DNA of 64,000 nucleotides from Octopus bimaculoides (taxonomy: Eukaryota). Of the stretch, positions 22,454 through 35,314 are shown piece by piece. The notes under the pieces are model-generated. The model made no database searches. It was not told the origin of the DNA and saw nothing but the letters and a program-made list of their open reading frames with translations. Positions within the stretch are counted from its first letter, which is position 1. Each line of letters opens with the position of its first letter. The position numbers and the translations under genes were made by a program. The stretch spans positions 39,950,422-40,014,421 of the forward strand of contig NC_068998.1 in NCBI RefSeq assembly GCF_001194135.2. The letters run 5' to 3'.

Positions 22454-25400
22454 ATTTGGAGCATTTATTGGTGGTTTAAAGCTTTAGTCTTTCCAGTGAT
22501 TTCTGGATCCTTGTTGAGTGAAGAGGAAGTTTGAATTGTGAAATCATAATTGCTTCTTCCATAAATGGATTAACACAGAACTGCTCCAACTCACATACTT
22601 GTTGAGCCTGACTTTTCAGCATGTCAATTAAGCAAATATCAATGAAACATTCGTCAATAGATCTGGAACTGGTTTGTGCTGAATTCTTCTGCAAGTCAAC
22701 TTCACAGCAATCACCAACAACTGGAACCAGAGTTTGAACGAATTCACGTGAAACTCATTTTTTCCCAGAAGGGTCTATATATTCAGTGGAGACAGTGTCC
22801 ATTTGACTATTTGATGTAAGTATAATGATGTGTAATGTTATTAACAAAACTGACTTCTCTTTAAGTTTAAATTGCCCAAGCAAAACTTCTAAAGGTTTAG
22901 ACAATCAAAAGTGCTTTCATGAAGTGTCTAGTTAGCTAAGTCCAAAGAGATTAAAACATCTCCTAAAACATCATCTCATTGTTTGCTTCATAGCTTTCTT
23001 GTTCTTCATAGAGTTCTATTAGGAGATTCTACTTGGCTGTTTCCAGTATTGTGGTATGGAGTTGTTTTGGTTTGAATATTATTAGTGTTCTGCAAAAACA
23101 TACAAACACATTGCAATATAAATTGGGATTTTTGGTTTGAATAGATTGAAGCTGGAACATCAAATATGAAGATTATTTTTTGAAGGCATTAAATTACAGT
23201 AGGATGTTCCATATCCAAAGTTCCAAACACAAACCTTAAATATTCATCTATAACTACAAACAAGTCATGTTAAGAGTTAGATGATGGTAAAGGACCTTTG
23301 AAGTGAACACTGAAGTGCTCAACTGATTATTGTAGACTCAATGTTTGGTATGAGGAAGATAGTAAGATTGTGGTTTCAATTCCAAGCACATAATGTACTC
23401 ATCACAAGTTCTTTTTTAACATTTTCCAAAAAACAGTATGTCCTTAGATCTGACGCAATGCCAATTCAGTTAAATCTGCAAATCCATGAGATGTTACAGA
23501 GGAGCATCTGTAAGCCAATCAACATCTGTATTATCTTTACCATGTAGGTCTTATAATTGTAGAACAATAATCTGAAGTGTCAATGAAAAAACTTTATCTT
23601 TTTTTTTTGTTTTATCTTTACTGTCATGGCTAAATATATTGATCAGTGTGTAACATGAATTATCCTCCAAGTAAAATAGTTTGCCATTTCCAGACACTTT
23701 CTGTGATCACCATAGCCTCTTTTCATTTGATGATGGATTCAGATCTTGAGATAAGAGTGACAGGTTTATTATATTGTGAAAAGACACACGTAACTGTTAC
23801 TTTAGAAATATCAGTTTCAGCATATAATGGAACTCTAGGTAAGAGAGAGAAAGGCATTAACTAATGAAAGTTTAAGCAGATGAATAAACACCTAGGGGTA
23901 ATTTTTTTGCAATGGAAAAGTATGAATTAATAGGGGCTGAATTAGTTCTGAGGCAGGGGACACACATTTACAATAATAACTATGTAAACTTAGAAGCTGC
24001 TTTCATTGTTTAGTATTGTGAGGTGCTATGAAATCAACAATGGGTTTTAACTTTCTGGATCAAACCAGGAAGAGCTGCTTTCCATTTTCTATCCTTGGTA
24101 ACAAGGTTAGATGCCTGTCATTGTTCAAGGATAGATGCCTGCCATTGTTCAATTGAATGTTAAGCCTTTTAGCATCTGAAATAAATTTCTTAGGAAACAT
24201 TTTTCACATTTAAATTTCTTATCATACTCTTCAATAGTTTTGCCAACAACAATAACATATCTTTGATATTGCTACTGCTACTTATATCATCCATCACTCT
24301 TTGAGAACTGTTTACAGCAACAGACACACTGAATGGTAACCTTATTTACAAGAATGTCTTCATCATCTCGAAATGCAGTGTATTTCTTATCCTTGTGGTG
24401 GAGTGGAATCTGATGGTATGCTGCTTCCATATTTCAGTTTCCTGTTGAATTTATTCTATGAAATAAAATGCTTGAGAGCTTCAACGTTAAGAAGTAGATA
24501 GACATATAAAAAGCAATAGCAATTTATCATTCATTTATACAAGCTGTTGTTTGCTAAGGTTTCTTATTTCTACTGCTTGTGCTTGTCATGGAAACTGAGG
24601 GCTGAATAATGCTATCAATAAAATATCATTTCATCAAAAAGTGGTGATATTTAGAAGCAGTTGGTTTCAAATCACATTATAAGTGTGAAAGAAATATGAG
24701 GAGAGGTCACCTCCAACACAGAAACAAATTGGGTAACACTAAGGGATTTTGTTGTTGTTTTTTCATTTTAAATGAAGTTCCAAGTTTAAATGTAACAGTG
24801 GTATATCATTTAAATCATGTCCTAGAATTGTAAAGGAACATTAGTTCTGAAAAGCCCAAAGCTGCACTTTTTCATAAGTTTAAAAAAAAGAAATGTTTAA
24901 AATACAGAAAGCTGAAGAAACAGTCTAATTACGTTGAGTTGCATGGCCAATTTGGAGGAAGTGTTTAGCTATGTGGAGTGAGAGATTCTTGTTAACACCC
25001 TCATCTATGAAACTGTTGGCACTACAGAAATTGAAAATTGTTAATCATAGACATTGATAGTAGCTTTTTCAAGTGCATTTCCTTTATACAGGTTTGTTGT
25101 TGTTCTTTTTCTGAAACCTCTTTTACATTTGTGATAAATTCTTTACTGGACAAATGCACCAGTCTAAGTCATGGTTAAGGGCCAGTGCAAAAGTGGCATC
25201 TTCATCTATAGGTTTTCTGAGCAGCTTCTTAGAATGGGAACCTGGGTGACTGCCAGTTGTGAATTTATTGAAGAATTTTCTGCGAGTTTTTATGGAATAT
25301 AATCAAAATCCTGGAAATTAATTAGATCTCTAACCCTTTCCTCTTGATATTGAACAGCAGTTACAATGTGAAACTTACAGTGTCTGACAAGGTTGTATAG

Positions 25401-25734
25401 AATTCAATATCACCATCTGGTTGATGTCTTTACAGGTGCTATTGGAATTTGAAAAAACATTGTATTCTGCTGTTTAATGAAGATGAAATATTTCAAGTAT
25501 TGTAGTTGATGTAATCAGCAATATGGCTGAAGACTGAAGATGTGATGCAATTAGTAAATAAAGTGAGTCTTCAACATTCAATTGAGTGTAGTTTCCAGCA
25601 AAAAAAATTTAGGAAAATAATTTTAAAGTATATCCACTCTATACTTGTATCTGATGAAGTGCCATTAAATCAATGTGACCCCTGTGACTATTTCTACTGT
25701 TATTGTTGCATGTTTAAGCTTTAACCAAATAAAT

Positions 25735-25895
25735 TGTGGCACAAAACAGTTGCTAAGAATCTATTGTTTTATTTGGCTAAAGTGTTACAACTTCAGTATA
25801 TGAAGTACGGATGTAAACTTCTGTATTTATTGCAAATGGCTGGCTGTTAATGTTCATTGTAACCATATGGTCATGCATCTGGACTGAGAGTAACA
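25735..25895 (-). repeat. 5' LTR of the Gypsy element (161 bp, TG...CA)
   Basis: tgtggcacaaaacagttgctaagaatc...catctggactgagagtaaca versus tgtgacaagaaacagttgccaagaatc...tatctggattgaaaatagca. Confidence 0.85.
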
Positions 25896-26610
25896 GTTGA
25901 AAGCTCAGTCCCATAATTTGATTGGTGCATTTGCTGCAGAAAGCTGCAATAGAGCAATTTCATTCTTTGATTCTATACAAAACTTTTACAATTTCTTTTA
26001 TGATCCACCTCATTGTTTGTCAGTAATACTTCAGTGCCTGAAACTTCAAATTAGAAGTCAAAAGTTTAAGGTGAAAGCATATCTAACCAACTTAGATAAG
26101 TCATGCTCAGTTCTTTGTTATTGCAATGAAGGATATAAGGTTGTTTTATTGATTGTTTTTTTTTTCTAGTTGAATTTCCAGATATGGAAAAGATGTTTCA
26201 ACAGCAGTAACCAAGTTTCAAAAGATTTATTTAGGTGATATTGAGTATGAATTTGTACCAAGAATACTTCATTTCAAGAAACTTTATTAAATTCACGCCC
26301 AAGTATGAAACACTACAAGTTTCTAGTATACTATATGCTCCTGTAGATAACAATGAATTAACTTCTTCATTCCCTAATGTTTAAACTGCATTATGTATTC
26401 ACTTGTGTTTAATGATAAATAATGTGATTAGAGACAAGAGTTTGTTTGAGAGGAAATATCTAAAGAATGAACACAGACCAAACAATGGTACTAATATGAC
26501 TCAACAGACTTGCTCTCATGGCAATTGAAAACAATGTTCTTAAGAACTTACAATTTACTGATGTTTTGGAGAAATTTGTTTCCAAGAAATTAAGAAAAGC
26601 AAATGTTTGA
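25896..26610 (+). mobile_element. hAT transposase relic, 3' part including the dimerization domain
   Basis: QSHNLIGAFAAESCNRAISFFDSIQNFYNFF resumes the HSLNL motif; later FPNV*TALCIHLCLM...LNRLALMAIENNVLKNLQFTDVLEKFVSKKLRKANV* (stop at 26608-26610). Confidence 0.88.
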
Positions 26611-27405
26611 ATTTTAATAGTCGTTAGCTTTGTAAAAACATATTTAATTTCTTTTACTCCATATTTTTTTTACTAGGAGGCCACATAGTACCTGTGACCC
26701 AGAAGCTCACGAAAGCTTAATTTACTTTTGTATATATGTGCATACATATAAATATGTAAGCCTAAGCATGCAAACATATACATATGCATGCATGCACTTG
26801 TGCAAAAACATGCATCCATATACATGCGTGCATATAGAAGCATACACACACGGGTATACATTTACAAACATACATATACCTATACATATATATAGACACA
26901 TACGTAAATATACCTACATATGTATGCATATACACACATACATATAGCAGTACATGTATAAATATACATACAAAATGATACATGTATGCATAAAGGCATA
27001 CATATACCTGTATATTATACATATACCAATATAAGTTTCTGGGTGTGCATGTATACATATATATACATGTTTATGCATATACATATATATATCCATTCAT
27101 TCTTTTTTCTGGCTTCAGTCATTACACTGTAGCCATGCAGGAGCATTTTCTTCTAGATTATAATAATTTACATGGACCCCAGTATCTCATGAAAAACTTG
27201 AAAAGCAAAGTGGATCACAAAGTATTTTCTCTGACACTATGCTGATTCTACACACAAACACATGTATACCTATGCATGTATGTACAAACATCTATACATA
27301 TATATATGTCCCTCTGTCACACTCTAACCTCCCATCATCTAGCACAAAGCTACCTCTTCCAATACCCACCTCTCAAAGGATCTTTGTCTTACGAGTTACT
27401 TGATA

Positions 27406-27700
27406 ACCTCACCAGTGCTGGTGCCACGTAAAAAGCATCCAGTCCACACTGTAAAGTGGTTGGTGTTTGGAAGGGCATATCCAGCTGTAAAAATTGTGCC
27501 AAGGCAGACCTCACCAGTGCTGGTGCCACATATGAAGCACTCAGTCCACTCTGTAAAGTGGTTGACATTAGGAAGGGCGTCTAGTGTAAAAATCATGCCA
27601 GAACAGACAGGGAAGAGTGGTGCAATCTTCTGGCTTGTGAACTCCTGTTAAACTTCCAACCCATGCCAGCATGGAAAGTGGACGTATGATGATGGTTATG
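27406..27700 (+). mobile_element. RTE-tail-derived repeat with an internal tandem duplication of about 100 bp
   Basis: acctcaccagtgctggtgccac.t...aaagtggttg...aggaagggc.. occurs at 27406 and 27508; ends ccatgccagcatggaaagtggacgtatgatgatg. Confidence 0.8.
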
Positions 27701-27801
27701 ATATATCTATCTATCTATCTATCTATCTGTCTGTCTATCTATATCTATATATATTTATATAATCATACATACATGTACACATACATTTGTATTTATGTGC
27801 A

Positions 27802-27832
<31 letters not shown>

Positions 27833-28847
27833 GTTGTGATTGTATGTCAGGTTACTCATAAGTGCTGCTGGTAACATGAAGTCCAGTACATGTTGTATGA
27901 TCAGGTTGTCAATGATTAAACCAACTCCACCATCAGTCTTGCCTGGTGAGGAAGGTTGTTATAAAAACTCAGGATAAAAACAATACCTGCCAAAAGGATG
28001 AACTCAATATAGGGTCAATGACTATATAGCAACAGCACAAAGACATAAATTTTGAGTAAATGTCCACAATGATGCAAGACAATTGGGTGTGAGAGAACTC
28101 TTAACTTTTGTAAAAGCATATCTCCAGGAGAAGGCAGTATATTAGTAGTATAAATGGGGTGGTCTGGGCTCAGTAACCTTGGAAGGTAGTCAGACTTGGA
28201 CAGGAACTCCAAGTGTAAACCATCACTGCTTGTGAGTACTGTATATTAGATTGGAAGAAAACTTGGGACTCACCCATCCCAAAAAGAGTTTGAAGATGCA
28301 ATGAATGGAAGAAGATTTTGGTGGTTATGACAAAGGACCCCAACCCACAGTCGTGGTTATAACAACATGCACTGTTGTATGTATGCATGTGTAAACACAC
28401 ACATGTATATTTCTGAACCACATGACTGAGTTCAATTCCACTGAGCAGCACTTTTGGTAAGTGTCTATTATTATAAAGACATGAGCTGATCAATGCCTTG
28501 TGAAGGAATGATGGAACTTGGTAGATGGAAATTGAAAGCCTGTTATGTATACATAGGTGCTCATTGCTGATATATACAGATATGTGTGTATGTGTGTGTG
28601 CATGCACTGGTGTGTTTGCTGACATTTGCACTTCTCTGAAAAATCACTCCGATATGGATGGTAACGTTATTTCCCCTCTACATCTTTAAAGACATGGAAC
28701 AAGGAAGCCCTTGAAAAAAACAAGTAAAGGTTAACAACAGGGGGTGGGGAGGAAGAGCATCAGGCTACAAAACAATACCCAAGCAATATGTTTGTCTTAT
28801 CGATGCTGGCATGGAAAAAAGGATGTATAAATGAATAAAAATGTGTT

Positions 28848-28901
<54 letters not shown>

Positions 28902-29646
28902 TACATATAAATGTATGTGTATGGTTCAACAGGACTGGACAGGTCTAAGAACAGTGACATGCTCAAATATCTGCTTTAGCATGGCTTCTATTAATGGATG
29001 CCCTTCCTAATGTCAACTGCTTTACATGTTGGGTGAATGATTTTTACCATAATTTTGAGTTAACTCAGCCCTTATGAGTAAAACTAGGTACACATGTACA
29101 CACATACATGCACACGTAAATAAAAAGATCTATTGGGTGTTTTGATGGGAATTCAGTAGTTTAATCAACTGAACTATGTCATTAAATTAGCATGTAGATG
29201 GCTGAGTATTCCACATATACTTGTACCTTAATTCAGGTAGAATTAATGTGATACAGTGTGTGATGGGACTGGACTTTTCAATTACAGGTACAATCTATCC
29301 AACAAGTTGCTGCAAAGTTTCCCTCTACCCAGTTTTACTCTCCAATGTTGGATCGACCCAAGACTTTGGTAAAAGAGACTTGCCCAACATACCATGCAGT
29401 AGGATGGAACCAGGGACCTCATGATTGCAAAGCAAACTTCTTAACTATTCAGCCATGCTCACGCATATATGTATGTGCTTGTATACATATATACATGTAA
29501 ACAATATATACTACACTATATAACTCTATCCCTTTTTCTTTTTGCTTAATGAAATCTTTCAAACATTAGATGGCAGGAAGCAATTTACTGAAAGGATGTA
29601 GTGTAGGAAGAAGAGATTGGTCCCGAAGACTGATTGGAACAGAAGA

Positions 29647-29715
29647 AATAATAATAATAATAATGATAATAATAATAATAATAATAATTTTGATGATAAT
29701 AAACATAATAATAAT
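29647..29715. repeat. Imperfect (AAT)n microsatellite
   Basis: Seen directly. Confidence 0.95.
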
Positions 29716-30986
29716 ATACACAACATTGAAAAAGAAGTCATACCTGGTAAAACCATATCATGACTGGCTAAAAAGAAATTGAAAAAGAAATAATACTCAA
29801 AAGATAGTAACACAGAAAGATTGAAAGAGAGAGAGAGAGAGAGAGATTGAGTGATTATCAATTGACAAAGTATACCACGGTAAATATCTAAACATGTCTT
29901 TCAAAGAAGAGACACACAAGTCATGAAGCGAACATCTACATGGCCGCTTAACTTGTGAGAAATAGCACTCAAATCTCCTTCAAACCACAATATACGATCT
30001 TAAAAACATCAGATAAACAAAGTTCCAGATAAACATATTGCAGGTGTGTGTTTGTATGTGGAGATAGGCTGGAATGTTTTTCATATTAGGTCTGCTGGAT
30101 CAGGGTTGAACTGAGGCTAAACAATAATGTCGACGAGGGAGTTTCTATATAACATGACCTGCTAGAAATAGCAGCCAAATTTTATTCAAATAACATCCTA
30201 CCCAACTTGAAGTATACATTAATGCAAGTAGACTTAGATATAAAAAAAGAAGAGATGGTCTTGGTTGGAATTCCTTTAATCATAAGTTTGCTCAATCAGA
30301 AAGAAAGCAGTGACAAAGTAATTATTCATCACATGGCAAATTTTTGTAACTTGTCATAGAGACACATTAAAATTTTAGTGATGGGTCAGAATGTGGTGTG
30401 GTCAGTTGTGACATTCTGTCACTGAAAAATAAGACATCTGTTTTTCACCCCTAAGGTATATAACTACAGTTATAAGAAGTTGAAGGAAAGCCTGGCTGAG
30501 AACTAATAATTAATTGTTACTGCCACCAATGCAGCACAAGAGAATCCGAAGACTTGCTCTTTGGTCATGTAATTGTTTACAGTAAAAATAAGTCAAACTT
30601 AGTACAATTTAAACTCAGAAAGTAAAAGACCAAAACAAAGCACTGCAAAACATTTTGTCTAATGCTTTTATGATTTTACCAACATACCACTCTCAATAAT
30701 AATTGTTTCTAGCATAGATTACAAGGCCTGAAATTTGTTCATCAATTATATCAACCCTAGTACTTGTACTTTATGTTATCAACTTTGAAATGGTGAAGGA
30801 CAAAACTGACCTCATACCACATACTCTCTCAAATTCATTAATCTATTTACTGAATAAAATGCATACTCTGCATTCCATGACAATGCACAATCTTCCAAGT
30901 AAACTAGTCACATGCTATTTCCTATATACACAACACATGCTATCTTACCACAAGTTGCTTGTCAAGAAAAAGGTCATGAGGACTAT

Positions 30987-31067
30987 TTAATAATAATAAT
31001 TACACAAAGCTTTTAAAATGAACATAAAAAATCCCATGTCAGCTTCATCTTGTATCTGTTCTTCAGT
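30987..31067 (-). CDS. Candidate exon 4 or alternative terminal exon (TEEQIQDEADMGFFMFILKALCNYYY*)
   Basis: Acceptor cttttttgggactttctag| in phase 0, matching exon 3. No good GT donor occurs before the TAA. Confidence 0.45.
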   Translation of the reverse strand, partial: TEEQIQDEADMGFFMFILKALCNYYY

Positions 31068-33196
31068 CTAGAAAGTCCCAAAAAAGATTATGGACACTGA
31101 CTCTCCTCATCATATTAGCAGCATTAAAATAAAAAGAAAACTTTATTAACTCAAATTAAGGATTCATAAAGGAGAGACTATCATTTTGGCCAAGGTCCAT
31201 CACAGTAAAGAGCCTCATCTGAAACATTAGGATCTATTTCAACACAATATTCTATAATAGCTTTTACCTTAATGACTACATGACTGAAACATATATGATC
31301 ACATAACCTGCTAGAAACAATAACCAAGTTTCCCTCTAATCTCAGCCCACCAATTAACAAAATGAAAGACATACATTAGATAATGTCATTCAAGATACAG
31401 CCAAAAATGGAAGGAGAATGGGCAGTCATAGCTGACATGCTTTCGATTGTTGATCTGCTTGATGTGGGTTGACCTGGTGCTAAACTACAAAACCACACAA
31501 CTTTTGTTTTAATTTCCAATTATATTCATGTTGATGCAGGCCCTTATTACCAATTCTAACAACACACTGGGGCATTTTCTTCTGGGAAGCAAAACAATAG
31601 AAATACTTGTTAGTATAGGGGCCAATGCCATGACTTGTATATGAAGAGGGTTCATAAACACTGGAGTTTGTTGATGGAAAAGAAATCTGAAGAAGCGTTG
31701 TGGTCAAATGGATAAAGTACTGGGATACCACCTCATGAGCTGTGAGTTCAAATCTATAGCAAACATTATGGTATGTTTCCAGGTAGGACACTTCAATACT
31801 GTATGCCTCAATTCTAACAGAAACAGGTAGGTACTTGCTTGCATGGTGATGTGATGGCAGTTTCTTCATGCCTGAAGATCATGAAGAAGAGCAATATGCC
31901 CTCAAGTGGCTATGTAAAGCAATCCCTTTTCCTCCTGCCTGCACCCAGTATTTTCAAAGTGAGAGTTATAGTCTGCACAATCCAAACTCATTCTTTAAAA
32001 TTAGAGGTCTGACCACAGTGGGCTAAGATGACTACAGTGACCCGCATGCTGTAAGTTTTACATTGGGGTGACCTGCTTGGTGAACTGCCTTACAGGGCTG
32101 GAAAGCTTCACCTATGCTAGAAGGGAGTCAAAGAGGGCACTTGACTGCCTGGGGGACTCCACTCCTTGAATTGCTATTAAGGTTGACCTCCCTCGCCTTT
32201 TTCTTTCCCAAGGTACTCACAAGGTAGTGAAGGTTTGTGTTTGGAGTTTCTTCTATGCTATAACATGCAAATTAACCTGCAGCTGGGACCTTGAAAGGTG
32301 CCACTGCTCTGGGTCAGAGTAGACCTGGGAACAGCTAAGAGGAGATTACACACTCCTCAAAACTCTGGAACTCCCAAACCAGGGCCCCACAATTGGATGC
32401 AGTTTAAAGGTATATCTAGGAGACATGCATGTTAGATTAGGGCTGAGCTTGGAAATACAACAATACAAGGGGATTTAAATGTGCAACAAAAACTTGTTGC
32501 AAATAGAATTAATGAATAGCATTGATACACACAAAATATGCCTATTAACTGTTAACATACAGATGCACATTAAGTTGATGGTCTCCAGATATGTTTTAAA
32601 CCTTCAGTTGTACAGCAATGATCCTGAAGAGTATCAGATATATAGAGAAGATATTACACAGGCTACATATTATGTATAGCTGCACCTATATGGTTCAACA
32701 ATTGTCTTGGTCACACACACACCAGGTATTCATTCAAATTTGCAACAGATGCACACCAGTAATGCAACAAACAAACATCACAGATGTACACATTATGGTG
32801 AAATGGTGACATACATGCACTAACAGTGCAACAAATGATTACTCATGCAATGTGACTGTGTTCGTAAGGATAGTTCATTAAAAATATATATTGTGAAGAA
32901 TGTGTAACAAGTGTGAAAGAGGTTTCAAATGTGCATTGGTTGCAACTGTGTAAATTTTTATTATACAAGGAATGTGCATTACTAATGCTATATATATATA
33001 TATACACACACACACAAACTCTTCTAGTACATACATATCAAACATGGATGTCACTACAAAGCACTATATTCTGAATATAGCTAAACTATATGAGAGATTT
33101 AAGTGTTTCTTTAGAACCAAAAAATATTTTCGTGTCCCTTGAAGTCCTCTAGATAAAATGTCTTCAGTGTCAAATACTAGTCATTATCTACCCTAC

Positions 33197-33261
33197 TTTA
33201 CTCCTTTTAGCAACAATCTGTCCCAGTCCACCCGTGCCAAAGTAATCATCATCATTCATAT
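33197..33261 (-). CDS. Exon 3 of the minus-strand gene (D/MNDDDYFGTGGLGQIVAKRSK)
   Basis: Acceptor tattcatttag|AT in phase 1, the only open frame. The donor is weak (AAA|GTAGGG; alternative GGA|GTAAAG at 33203). Confidence 0.65.
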
Positions 33262-34956
33262 CTAAATGAATATTTTGATATAGTGTGAATGGTGTCATGA
33301 TTGATACAAATATAACATAATATATACATGAACTTGCAAATATTTTACTAAACCACTTCAAAAACTTGATTGGCACCTTAGGAATATGTCACTCTATATA
33401 GCCCCAGATTGATATCTTGTGAGTGGATTTGGTAAACGGAAATTGTGTAGAAGCACACTATATAGATATTTAAGAGTGTGTGTGTATGTCTATCTTTACT
33501 TGACAACTGATGTTGTTTATGTCTTTGTAACACAGAAGTCCAGCAAAAGGGGCCAATAGAATAAGTACCAAGTTTAAAATGAATATTGGGGTTGATTTGT
33601 ATGACAAACACTACAAGGTGTAAAATTCATACATATTTGTGAAAGATTTCAACTTCCAATGGTACTCCTTGCACCAGCACATCTCATAGCATTATGTGTA
33701 TCACAAAGACAACATCAACTGACCACCTATGCAATAACACAAGACTATTGAGTGGAAGACCACTGCTGCAAAAAATTGTTAATCCCGATAGTCCCAATCA
33801 ACACACATGCAATCAACTTCAAACACCACAGAAGACTACAACAACATCAAGTGAGCCAATAAGAGAGCATCAGAAGATTGTCCCACAATACCCCAGGCAA
33901 CAAATCACTGCATATTAGAACACAAATGAATTTGCCTTCCACTTGACAGAAGAATGATATATCAAGACAAATGGATTTGCAGATCTCATCTAGTAATGTA
34001 AGAGACTACCTACATACTATAGGGTTGCTCAGTCTGTACTGATCAGGGGTAGACAACAACAACTCTGAATGGCTTTGATCTCTAGAGAGATTGTAATGCT
34101 AATCACCATCTAATGTCCACTTTTCCATGCTTGTAAGGGTCAGATAGTATTTGTTGAGACAGCTTTTTTTTATAAGCAGGTGTCCTTCCTGTCACCAACT
34201 CTCACTTGTATACAAGTAAAATTATATTTTCCCATAGCCAGGCACAATTTTCATGTAAGACTGGAAATGAACAACATCGTTTGTATGATGGCAATGCTCA
34301 TTTACAACTATTATGTGATGTCAAGACAAAGGTACACTCACACATATACAAACATATATATATATATATCATTTAATACACACAGGATTTGGAAGGTAGC
34401 AAGCTGGCATGCTGGGCAAAATGCTTAGTGGCATTTCATCAGTCAAATGCTGCTGAGGTTGATTTTGTACTTCATCCTTTGGGGATCGATAAAATAAATA
34501 TCAGTTGAGCACTGGAGGTGATGTAATTTGCTTACCCTTTACCTGAACTTGCTGGCCCCATGTCAAAATTTGAAACCAATATACACAAGATTTAAATACA
34601 AGCAATAAGTTTCATACCTTTGATAATGCAATAGGCAGACAAGCTTACAGCAGGCAAGGTATTGATGGACAATCATTCAGGCTCAAAATACAATGAGCTT
34701 CTTCAGTTTTTGTCCATCTCATCCACTCATAAGGTTTTGGTTGGCTCAGAGCTATTTCACAAAACACTTGCCCAAGGTGCTGCACAGTGGGACTGAACCT
34801 GAGACTGCATGGTTGGGAAACAAGCTTCTCAACCATACATGCACCTGACAGTTAAATTCAAATTCCAGATGATCTAGAGGTCACTTATCCATCTCACTGT
34901 CACTGAAAAATGGTGACTGACCTTGGAATTTGGCAAACATCTGTCTTTATGTACAT

Positions 34957-35146
34957 CAGTGGTTCTCAACCATTTTTTGATCCCTATTTTATTTGGGTGG
35001 ATCCTATTAGCCATTTGATGTTTAAAAACCCTATTATATTTTTAGAATTAAATATCATTAAGAATTGTATAAAAAAATCTAAATAGAAGTTTAACCAGTT
35101 TATTGTACACGAATTTTAACAACAAAATCTGATACGGACTCCACTG
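34957..35146. mobile_element. hAT/Charlie-like MITE, internally deleted
   Basis: Left end CAGTGGTTCTCAAC, right end ..CCACTG, and an 8-bp TSD ATGTACAT (34949-34956) / ATGTAGAT (35147-35154). Confidence 0.7.
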
Positions 35147-35244
35147 ATGTAGATAGCTCAAATATAAGTACAATCAGCAATAACATGACCAGAGTGAGTT
35201 TGCCTTCTTGACAGAGGTGTAGTATTTGAGTTTATCAATTTTAC

Positions 35245-35314
35245 CTAGTGCTGCTACAGATTTTATAGTTCTAGGTTGAATTGAACAGATACTGATTTGG
35301 GTAACATAGTAATT
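35245..35314 (-). CDS. Exon 2 of the minus-strand gene (NYYVTQISICSIQPRTIKSVAAL+G)
   Basis: Acceptor catctttttag| and donor TAG|GTAAAA. Its 70 nt in phase 0->1 exactly bridge exon 1 and exon 3. Confidence 0.7.

Larger units (their letters stand above)
22298..25895 (-). mobile_element. Decayed Gypsy/Ty3 LTR retrotransposon with both LTRs
   Basis: RT motif AYHQIPLHHKDKKYTAF (about 24371-24421) followed by LPFSVSVAV..QRVMDDI and VIVVGKTIEEYDKKF; integrase TTPYHNTGNSQVESPNRTL (about 23010-23064). RT precedes integrase as in Gypsy. Many stops and frameshifts. Confidence 0.88.

Noticed and set aside
22476-22694. 72-aa minus-strand ORF as a host-gene last exon
   Set aside because: It lies in the frame downstream of the Gypsy integrase remnants, inside the LTR-bounded element.
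30365-30422. Minus-strand acceptor followed by DRMSQLTTPHSDPSLKF*
   Set aside because: It needs a phase-2 donor in exon 31067, and only a very poor one (AT|GTTCAT) exists.
32480-32960. Cys-rich decayed ORF remnants, possibly a transposase C-terminus or GIY-YIG region
   Set aside because: Too degenerate to assign without a profile search.
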